From the IMG/VR virus record IMGVR_UViG_3300037493_002486, positions 1-54,280 of that record: a DNA stretch of 54,280 nucleotides. The stretch is one strand, 5' to 3'. The position numbers and the translations under genes were made by a program. Of the stretch, positions 29,438 to 36,086 are shown in pieces (positions within the stretch are counted from its first letter, which is position 1; every line of letters begins with the position of its first letter). The stretch comes from a virus (taxonomy: Duplodnaviria > Caudoviricetes). The notes beneath the pieces were generated by a model that saw only the letters and a list, made by a program, of their open reading frames with translations, was not told the DNA's origin and ran no database searches.

Positions 29438-29588
29438 CTTGCACCTCCATTAGTTTTTTTACATCAGTATCAATCAAGCATGCCACATCGTCCCTAAGGT
29501 CGCCTTCTGAAAATTCATTGATTAATACGCCTGTTTCCTCGTCGTATACACCTATCGTCACTTTGTAATACCATTTTCTAGTTTTCAT
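29427..29588 (-). CDS. Early hypothetical protein (53 aa, not in ORF track)
   Basis: MKTRKWYYKVTIG...; RBS AGGGG. Confidence 0.5.
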   Translation of the reverse strand: MKTRKWYYKVTIGVYDEETGVLINEFSEGDLRDDVACLIDTDVKKLMEVQDDI

Positions 29589-29597
29589 ATTAAGCCC

Positions 29598-30059
29598 CTA
29601 TACATCGTATTGTTGATAAATAATTAATATACCGGTATTGGTTGAATGATTAAACGGTAGCCAGTTATAGTGCCGGCAAAAATACCCTCCGGCCTCTTGA
29701 TGAGTCTCTGCATAGTAATTAGTAGCAAAAAAATCCTCTACTCTGTCGGCCGTTATGTCCGCCTCAAAATCTTCAAGCTTTAAGTATAGGTCTTGCCCAT
29801 CTACGCCTAAGGGAATAGTCCCTATCCGCGTCACTTTTATTGTGTCCAAGCTTGGCACCTCCACGATCCTAAAATCTTCTCTGTCTGTGTAGTCTTTTAA
29901 ATTGCCGGCGTCTACTTCATGCTCCGTCTCTTTTAAAAACTCGTCCAGCGCGGCCTGTGCACTTTCTATGCTGTCGAACCTAGTAGGTTCGCCATCATCG
30001 CTCCATGTATTTTTCCATCCGCCACATAGGCAATACTCTTGCACTTCATACTTGGCCAT
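29598..30059 (-). CDS. Early hypothetical protein
   Basis: RBS GGGAGGGTG; GGWKNTW...DFRIVEV. Confidence 0.65.
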   Translation of the reverse strand: MAKYEVQEYCLCGGWKNTWSDDGEPTRFDSIESAQAALDEFLKETEHEVDAGNLKDYTDREDFRIVEVPSLDTIKVTRIGTIPLGVDGQDLYLKLEDFEADITADRVEDFFATNYYAETHQEAGGYFCRHYNWLPFNHSTNTGILIIYQQYDV

Positions 30060-30060
30060 A

Positions 30061-30219
30061 TCACACCCTCCCTTTCACTAGCGCATAAATCAATGCCAGT
30101 CTATCTGTCGTCATATTAAATAAAGCCGCCCCGAAATACTCTTCTATATCGCTAACAGTCCGAGCGGGTAATGCCTCCCTTATTGTTAGCTCCATCGCGT
30201 CTAGCATGGTCTCGGTCAT
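30061..30219 (-). CDS. Early hypothetical protein
   Basis: Probable start MTETML after GGGGGTG. Confidence 0.5.
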   Translation of the reverse strand: MTETMLDAMELTIREALPARTVSDIEEYFGAALFNMTTDRLALIYALVKGRV

Positions 30220-30299
30220 ATCACACCCCCAATTAAAAGTAGTGCTGTCGTTAAAGTAATTGCCCATAGGCATATCGTGAATGTCTTATCGGTCATGGT

Positions 30300-30452
30300 C
30301 TATTCTTCCTCAATTAGTTTAATCATCTGCGCCAATGCGTCTGTATTAGAATGCCAGTCGGTCATCTCTATTAGCATAGGCTCTTTCTCGGCTATGTGAT
30401 TAATCAAGTCACATAGGTATTGCATTCTTGCTATCCTATATTGCTTGGTCAT
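30300..30452 (-). CDS. Early hypothetical protein (50 aa, not in ORF track)
   Basis: ATGA overlap with the upstream stop; RBS GGAGG. Confidence 0.55.
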   Translation of the reverse strand: MTKQYRIARMQYLCDLINHIAEKEPMLIEMTDWHSNTDALAQMIKLIEEE

Positions 30453-30685
30453 AGCTCGTCCTCCCCTTCTTTGTCATCTTCCGGCTCCGGAAATAGATAG
30501 TCTGCCGTGAATTGGATAACATCCCAGTTTATGCCGTTGTTAGCGTCAAAATCATCGGCCAAAACTTCCAGCACTCTTAGCGCCTCGGATTCAGTTAAAT
30601 CCGGCCTTATGTTTAATACATCATCAATGTGCCAGTCGTCGGCTAAATACCAAATACCTGTCTCTGTCTGCTTCATATGTGCCAT
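30449..30685 (-). CDS. Early hypothetical protein
   Basis: WHIDDV...RPDLT...FDANNGINWD motif. Confidence 0.7.
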   Translation of the reverse strand: MAHMKQTETGIWYLADDWHIDDVLNIRPDLTESEALRVLEVLADDFDANNGINWDVIQFTADYLFPEPEDDKEGEDEL

Positions 30686-30688
30686 GGT

Positions 30689-30880
30689 CTAATCCTCTTC
30701 TATAATGCCGCTATCTAAGCATGCGGCTAATACGGTCTGCGCTAAGCGCCTATCTGCCATTATGGCCATCGCTATTGTTTCCTGTAGCTCTTGCCATTCG
30801 TCACGGTCTATGTTGCCTTGCCATTCATAATTATCAACAAGGCGGCTTATTGCCCATTCAATACTTGAGTGTAGATTCAT
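30689..30880 (-). CDS. Early hypothetical protein
   Basis: Translationally coupled operon; RBS GGGAG. Confidence 0.55.
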   Translation of the reverse strand: MNLHSSIEWAISRLVDNYEWQGNIDRDEWQELQETIAMAIMADRRLAQTVLAACLDSGIIEED

Positions 30881-31047
30881 AGTGTCGGCTCCCTATCTAG
30901 TGCGTCAATCGTATCAATAATGCAACTATCGGCCACGCTCATCAATCGCTCTATAGTGCCGTCGTTGATATCTTGCGCATAGTGATATACATTCGACAAT
31001 AATCGTTGCGCTTGGTCTAAGTCGCTAAGTATTTGGTCTCTTGTCAT
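30877..31047 (-). CDS. Early hypothetical protein (56 aa, not in ORF track)
   Basis: MTRDQILSDLDQAQRLLSNVY...MSVADSCI; RBS AAGGGA. Confidence 0.55.
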   Translation of the reverse strand: MTRDQILSDLDQAQRLLSNVYHYAQDINDGTIERLMSVADSCIIDTIDALDREPTL

Positions 31048-31050
31048 GGT

Positions 31051-31239
31051 CTAGTCCCTTTCGTCAAAGTCACAATGTTTTAGCTCGGCCAATAGCTCGG
31101 CCTCGTCCATGTTTTTGAATCCCTTGAAGCCATACATTAACAAGTCCCATATTAGGCCATCATTAAAGCTAGTATCGGTTTGGCATAGCTCTAGGTTATA
31201 TTCCACAAGCTTGCTAATTAGTTCGTCTCTATCAGTCAT
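31051..31239 (-). CDS. Early hypothetical protein
   Basis: GFKGFKNMDEAEL motif. Confidence 0.6.
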   Translation of the reverse strand: MTDRDELISKLVEYNLELCQTDTSFNDGLIWDLLMYGFKGFKNMDEAELLAELKHCDFDERD

Positions 31240-31255
31240 TTTGCTTTCTCGCTTT

Positions 31256-31876
31256 CTAGTGTTTAAGGTAGGTTACATTGCTTACGGTTTTATCCCAGCA
31301 CGCGCGGCATGTTCCGCACTTGCCATTATTAGCTGGCGCTTTACATTCGACGCCATCTATCTTTCCGGCCTTGGTTATAACGGTGCTCGTTGTCGGCCAC
31401 GCTCCAGCTGGTGCCATGTCCAGCATTGGCATGCTTAGGCGCACGGTTAAATTATCCGGCATGGCTCGCTGTCTATTAACCTTGGCCAGTATGCCTTTCT
31501 CTTTCGTAGGTAGCCAAAAAGTCACCTCCGGCATGGCCTCGGCAATGTCCATGATTGCCATTAAATGCGCCTCGCTTTGAATATCGCCGCTGTCGTGCCA
31601 GCGAAAATAGCCGGTAGTATCATTGCTTTTAATGGCCGCTATCATACCGGCCTTCCACGAAGGCAAGTCACTAAGGGATTGCAAATTATGCTCCCTGTGG
31701 CTTATTACATTTTTAAATCGATAATTGCCTTTCATAGCATAGCAGTCATAGCATACGCTCCCTTTAATCTCGGCCAGCTGGCGGCCGGTCTTGCACGCCG
31801 TCGCCGGCGTGCTAAAGGTATGGCATGGCATTTTCTTAGGCTCGCTAAGCTTAGGCATGAATTGAATGGTCTGCAT
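31256..31876 (-). CDS. Gp88-like Cys-rich (probable Fe-S/metal-binding) protein
   Basis: KMP...C..G...VCYDCYA...YFRWHDSGD...WLPT...CGTCRACW. Confidence 0.75.
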   Translation of the reverse strand: MQTIQFMPKLSEPKKMPCHTFSTPATACKTGRQLAEIKGSVCYDCYAMKGNYRFKNVISHREHNLQSLSDLPSWKAGMIAAIKSNDTTGYFRWHDSGDIQSEAHLMAIMDIAEAMPEVTFWLPTKEKGILAKVNRQRAMPDNLTVRLSMPMLDMAPAGAWPTTSTVITKAGKIDGVECKAPANNGKCGTCRACWDKTVSNVTYLKH

Positions 31877-32417
31877 GGCGCGCGCCCTTTCTATTATATT
31901 CGTAATACCTTGCTATTGTTGCCTCGGCCTCTGCCTCGGCCTCGGCATGGTCAAAAAAGCCGCCGGCTCCGTCAATCCATTCGCCTGTTTCGTCCATGAT
32001 ATCAAAACGATATATGTTGCCAGTTAAATACCGGTCAAAATAATCAATCTCACGCGCTAGCCTTGCCTCTATGCCCGCTCGGCGCTTTGCTGTAATGCGC
32101 GTATAACCTAGCCAGTCGCGCACGCGCTCCGGCGTGGTGTATATAATTCCAAGCTGGCCGCTGTCCCAGCGGCAATTAAATGGCGTTGTGCTAATAGTAA
32201 TGCCGCCATGGTCATACATATAAACCGGTAAAATTATGGCGCGTGGTGCTGTCTTTTTTAAATCGGCAAGCCATTCCTCCGGCGCTTGTTTTGGTTGCTG
32301 GTCGCCAAGTGCATAGCGCCTATGCCATGTCACTATCACGCCTAAATTGTCACAATCGCGCGGATGATTTAATTCGCACTCGTCACGCTCTACAATAAAT
32401 GAATATGCCATGATCAT
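31851..32417 (-). CDS. Early conserved hypothetical protein
   Basis: LPVYMYDHGGITIST...WDSGQLG motif; start overlaps the upstream stop. Confidence 0.7.
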   Translation of the reverse strand: MIMAYSFIVERDECELNHPRDCDNLGVIVTWHRRYALGDQQPKQAPEEWLADLKKTAPRAIILPVYMYDHGGITISTTPFNCRWDSGQLGIIYTTPERVRDWLGYTRITAKRRAGIEARLAREIDYFDRYLTGNIYRFDIMDETGEWIDGAGGFFDHAEAEAEAEATIARYYEYNRKGARHADHSIHA

Positions 32418-32800
32418 GCCGCCTTTTTTTGATTGATTGATGATGATATATATACCGGCTCCAAGTCCACGCCATTGAATAAGTCGCGGCACGATACCTT
32501 AAGCCGCTGGCCGGCCGCCTCGACGGTATACCAAAACTCCACGCCAAGCGTATCGCCATTGGTTGCGTCCGCTGGTAGCAGTCTTAAATCGCCGCCGCCG
32601 GCTTTCTTGTTAGCCGCTATAAATGAAGCCGCGAATTCGTCGGCCTCGAATCTTGGTAATTCCCATGCATAGGCTAAGGCGTTGGCAATAAACCGGTGCG
32701 CGCCGTATTCCGTCCAATGGGTAGGATAATTATCCCAATGCTTAAAAACTGTATAGGCGCCGTCGGCGTCTTTAAAAGTGTAAAGTCCACGAGTGCTCAT
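32414..32800 (-). CDS. Early conserved hypothetical protein
   Basis: MSTRG...FKHWDNYP...AWELPRFEADEFAASF; start reassigned to follow the AGAAAGGG RBS. Confidence 0.7.
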   Translation of the reverse strand: MSTRGLYTFKDADGAYTVFKHWDNYPTHWTEYGAHRFIANALAYAWELPRFEADEFAASFIAANKKAGGGDLRLLPADATNGDTLGVEFWYTVEAAGQRLKVSCRDLFNGVDLEPVYISSSINQKKAA

Positions 32801-32880
32801 AATTAAATCCCTTTCTATCTGTATGATTGAGCGGCCAGCCATCGCCGGCCGCTGGTTGCATTGTAATGCCATGTTTTAAA

Positions 32881-33234
32881 TCATTGCAAGCTTTTTATTA
32901 TGGCCTCGGTCGCGGCTATGGCATTGCTTAGTGCCTCCGCTATATGAACGGCGTGGCCTTTCGTATTGTGGCCATTAGCCAGCGCGGCCGCTATGCTCTC
33001 GGCGGATTCTTGGCTATATCTAGGCGCCTCGGCCAGCTTGCACGGCGACGCCTCCACTAGTCGCCAGCCGCCGGCCTCTCGCACCATCTTAGGTTTGATA
33101 GCTAAGTCGCCCACCATAATCACATGGCCAGTCCCTAAGAGCACGCCATCGAGCGCCGCCAGCGCGCGCTTGTTGGCCTCGTGGGTTTCAAAGAATTGCG
33201 GCGCCGCCTCGCGTAATAAGTCTAAATTGCTCAT
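32881..33234 (-). CDS. Early hypothetical protein
   Basis: RBS GGAGG. Confidence 0.6.
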   Translation of the reverse strand: MSNLDLLREAAPQFFETHEANKRALAALDGVLLGTGHVIMVGDLAIKPKMVREAGGWRLVEASPCKLAEAPRYSQESAESIAAALANGHNTKGHAVHIAEALSNAIAATEAIIKSLQ

Positions 33235-33250
33235 GGTTTGTTGCCTCCGT

Positions 33251-33466
33251 TTAATATAAGTCTAAAGTGTCGTTGTCCGCGCGGTCTTGCCACGCTTGCC
33301 GGTAGGCCTCCCGTCTATTAGGCTCCACCCAAGCGCCATACCATTCAGGATGTGCGGCTTGTAAATCGGCGGCCTCGTTTAATGCCTCCCGCTCTGTTTT
33401 GAATCCCGTTGAATAGGTGCATTCGTCGCCGCATTCATCGGCAATAATAATGTCGTAAGTTTGCAT
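33251..33466 (-). CDS. Early hypothetical protein
   Basis: Follows the repeated leader element; acidic. Confidence 0.6.
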   Translation of the reverse strand: MQTYDIIIADECGDECTYSTGFKTEREALNEAADLQAAHPEWYGAWVEPNRREAYRQAWQDRADNDTLDLY

Positions 33467-33519
33467 GGTTTAATCCCTTTCTATGGTTGCGGCGGCCATC
33501 GCTGGCCGCCATGGTTTAA

Positions 33520-33861
33520 TTAGTCAAAGCGTGAATAATCGCTGGCGTGCGGTATAAACTGAAGCGGCTCGCGCGGGCTGTCGTCCGGCTCCCAGTCGCC
33601 GCCATCGTCCGCCATCGCTGGCGCCTCGGCGGCCTCGGCCTTAGGCCAAATGAACATGGATTTAACTTCAAAATCCAATTGCGCCGCCGCGTCAATGCCG
33701 CGCTTAGCGTTGGCCTCGCGCACTAGCTCGGCGGCCTCGTCGCCGGTGCCCCAATCTAAATTGGTAGGCGTATAGCCGCGCTCGCCGCGTTTGATTATGG
33801 CGATATTAGCGCCAGCTGGCTTGTTTAATAAAACGGTATAACATAGATTGAATGCTTGCAT
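33520..33861 (-). CDS. Early hypothetical protein
   Basis: Start MQAFNL after the AGAAAGGG RBS; IIKRGERGY...SMFIW. Confidence 0.6.
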   Translation of the reverse strand: MQAFNLCYTVLLNKPAGANIAIIKRGERGYTPTNLDWGTGDEAAELVREANAKRGIDAAAQLDFEVKSMFIWPKAEAAEAPAMADDGGDWEPDDSPREPLQFIPHASDYSRFD

Positions 33862-33952
33862 GGTTTTTAATCCCTTTCTGTCTGTATGGTTTACTTGCAT
33901 AAGACCGGCGACGCCGCCGCCGGTTTCGCGCCCTTAGCGCTCATCAGTTATG

Positions 33953-34819
33953 CTATGCCGCCTCGGCCTCGGCGTCCGCCGCCGTGCCCTTGATATAATC
34001 CGCCGCTTTCTGAGCCAGCGCCGCCGCCTTGAATATGGCCGTGTTATCGTCGCGGCATGCCTTGAGCCAGCTCTGAATATATCCGGCATGGCGTAGCTCG
34101 CCGGCGATACCATTATCGGCGCAAAGGTAAGCGGCGCCAATTTCGGCGACTAGCTCTTCAAATGCATAAGCCGGATTCCCAAAACGGCCGCTATGGTCGC
34201 GCGCCAGTCTATGCTTAGCGCCTGTCCAATGCGTGAGCTCATGAAAGGCCGTGGCGTAGTAATGCGCGGCGCTGTCGAATGTGGCTTTATGCGGCAATTG
34301 CACGGCGTCGGTGCTCGGCATGTAGAAGGCCGCGTCGCCGCCATGGCGAATGATTGCGCCGGTTTTAACTATGGCCGCCTCGCATTGCTCGCTGGCGTCG
34401 AATGGCACGGCCACGGGCTCGGCCACCGGTGCGCGCTCGGCGTCGGTCTGCTCGATGTTAAACACGCTGTAAGCTTTTAGCACGGCATAGCCGCTGGATT
34501 TTTCACCGGTCGCCGCGTCCACGGTGCCGGCCACCGGTTTATAAAAGCAAATGGCCGTCCCTTTCTGTCCCTTGAGCACTTGCGCGCCGCGGTCTTGCCA
34601 TTGCTTATATGTTGCCCATTGGCCGGCCGCGTAGCCGTTGCCCATGCTGGCCATGCCTAGAATTAAACGATTCACGCCGCGATAGGCCGCGCCGGTCACG
34701 ATATTATGGTCGGCGCCGCTTGCCGCGTCGGCGTGCCATGGTTTAACCCAAGGCGCCGCGCCCTTTTCGAGCTCGGCGATAATTTGGTCGGTTACTGTCT
34801 GATAAATTGGATTTGTCAT
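33953..34819 (-). CDS. ardC: ArdC-family antirestriction / ssDNA-binding protein with zincin-like domain
   Basis: PWVKPW, YRGVN, WATYKQW, VFNIEQ, AFYMPSTD, HELTHWTG, YAFEELVAEIGA and YIQSWL motifs. Confidence 0.9.
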   Translation of the reverse strand: MTNPIYQTVTDQIIAELEKGAAPWVKPWHADAASGADHNIVTGAAYRGVNRLILGMASMGNGYAAGQWATYKQWQDRGAQVLKGQKGTAICFYKPVAGTVDAATGEKSSGYAVLKAYSVFNIEQTDAERAPVAEPVAVPFDASEQCEAAIVKTGAIIRHGGDAAFYMPSTDAVQLPHKATFDSAAHYYATAFHELTHWTGAKHRLARDHSGRFGNPAYAFEELVAEIGAAYLCADNGIAGELRHAGYIQSWLKACRDDNTAIFKAAALAQKAADYIKGTAADAEAEAA

Positions 34820-34873
34820 TCTGCTAGTCCCTTTCTTTCTGTATGGTTGCGGCGGCCAGCTGGCCGCCGTGGT

Positions 34874-35152
34874 CTATTGGTTGTAGCTGTTCCACCAGCC
34901 GCCCATGAATTCGTTGTCTGAAAAGTCCGCGACTAGTTCGTCGTCGGCTAAGCCAAGCACTACCAGCGCCCAGCCCAGCTTTTCACCGGCGGCGTCGCGG
35001 ATGATTAATTGCGCTTCTTCGACGCTCTCAATGTCCGCAATAATTTGGTTATGGCTGGCGCTCTTTTTACATGCCCATTCTTCGCCGTCATAAACTGAAA
35101 CGGTATGGCCGGCGGCTAATGCATGCTTTACTAAGTGTCTATATGCTTTCAT
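34874..35152 (-). CDS. First early gene, hypothetical protein
   Basis: MKAYRHLVKHALAAGHTVSVYDGEEW; start after the AGAAAGGG RBS. Confidence 0.65.
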   Translation of the reverse strand: MKAYRHLVKHALAAGHTVSVYDGEEWACKKSASHNQIIADIESVEEAQLIIRDAAGEKLGWALVVLGLADDELVADFSDNEFMGGWWNSYNQ

Positions 35153-35214
35153 GGTGTGCCCTTTCTTTCTGTCTGCTGTATGTTGCACGCCGCGCCCGCG
35201 CCGTGCTAGTTCCT

Positions 35215-35242
35215 ATATTAATGATATACGGCACGCCGTCAA
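35215..35242 (-). promoter_or_regulatory. Sigma70-like early promoter (leftward)
   Basis: Minus strand TTGACG-16 bp-TAATAT, upstream of the whole early cluster. Confidence 0.6.
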
Positions 35243-35428
35243 GCGCTTTTTCGCGTGCCGGTTACCTAGTCCGGCCAATGCCGGCCAGCATGCCCGCAAA
35301 GGCGCGCCGGTGCACGCTCACGCCGTCCAATTGCCGGCGGCCGGCTTGGTGCCTTGCCTATATAATAACCAAGCCCACGGCGCGTGAGCCGTGGAGCGTG
35401 TCCCGTGTGCCATGGTGCGATACGCGTG

Positions 35429-35502
35429 GCCGGTGCCCGTGTCCGGAAAAAAGCCTGGTCACATTGCCGGTGTCCGTGTCCGGAAAAAAGCCTGGTCACA
35501 TT
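35429..35502 (+). repeat. 37-bp tandem repeat (2 copies, 1 mismatch)
   Basis: GCCGGTG(C/T)CCGTGTCCGGAAAAAAGCCTGGTCACATT at 35429-35465 and 35466-35502. Confidence 0.9.
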
Positions 35503-35506
35503 GCAT

Positions 35507-35545
35507 GTTAGTAGGCGCTAACCTAAAATGTTAGTGGTCACTAAC
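35507..35545. promoter_or_regulatory. Two degenerate SlmA-binding-site-like palindromes
   Basis: Cores GTAGGCGCTAAC (35511-35522) and GTTAGTGGTCAC (35530-35541), compared with the consensus GTGAGTACTCAC. Confidence 0.4.
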
Positions 35546-35634
35546 CAATGCGCAAAGTCGCATGCCCAGCAAGGCCAGTTTTAAGCGCGCTATAAGGCGC
35601 GTGATTCGTTTTGAACCTACCATACAGGGCTGGT

Positions 35635-35802
35635 TGTGGATATCCTGTGCGTTTCCTGTGGATTCGCTGTGGATAGAATGTGGATAACTTTCCGTGGCAA
35701 ATGATCATAATTGTGGATAACTTGCCTGTGGATAAGCTGTGGATAACCCTGTGCATGAATTGTGGATAACTTTTGGCCTAACAGATCATAGAATGTGGAT
35801 AA
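35635..35802 (-). promoter_or_regulatory. Cluster of co-oriented DnaA boxes
   Basis: Six exact TGTGGATAA (= TTATCCACA on the minus strand) at 35679, 35712, 35727, 35738, 35761 and 35794; near-matches at 35635, 35657, 35668 and 35750. Confidence 0.85.
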
Positions 35803-35891
35803 CTTTTTCACGGTCCGCGGTCCATGGTCGCCGGTCCACGGCCCGCGGCCGGCGCTTAGGGGGGCAGAGTCCCTGAAACCGTTATGGTTAT

Positions 35892-35911
35892 GTAAGTGAG
35901 CACTCACTAAC
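35892..35911. promoter_or_regulatory. SlmA-binding-site-like palindrome
   Basis: GTAAGTGAGCACTCACTAAC; the core GTGAGCACTCAC is an 11/12 match to GTGAGTACTCAC. Confidence 0.6.
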
Positions 35912-36086
35912 CCACCCCAAAAAATTCCCCACCCTCGGCGGCCGTCCGCACACTTTAGCCCGATTTCGCACAGTTTTTGGCACTCCAAACGAAATTGAGG
36001 TATTATGACCCTACAAATAGGCCCCCTTGTTTTAATAAAGCCATTGCTAGAAAAATTTTTACAAAAATTAAAGAGAATGAAAACAT

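Noticed and set aside
35429-35502. 37-bp repeat as a CRISPR array
   Set aside because: Only two directly adjacent copies, with no spacer and no cas genes.
35630-35810. Host chromosomal oriC (prophage boundary)
   Set aside because: Both flanks are phage genes, with no dnaA/dnaN/gidA/rpmH context. A chimeric assembly cannot be fully excluded without reads.
35541-35988. Minus-strand ORFs of 71 and 123 aa with repeated LST/IHR/YPQ
   Set aside because: The peptide repeats are just translations of the DnaA boxes, and there is no convincing RBS.
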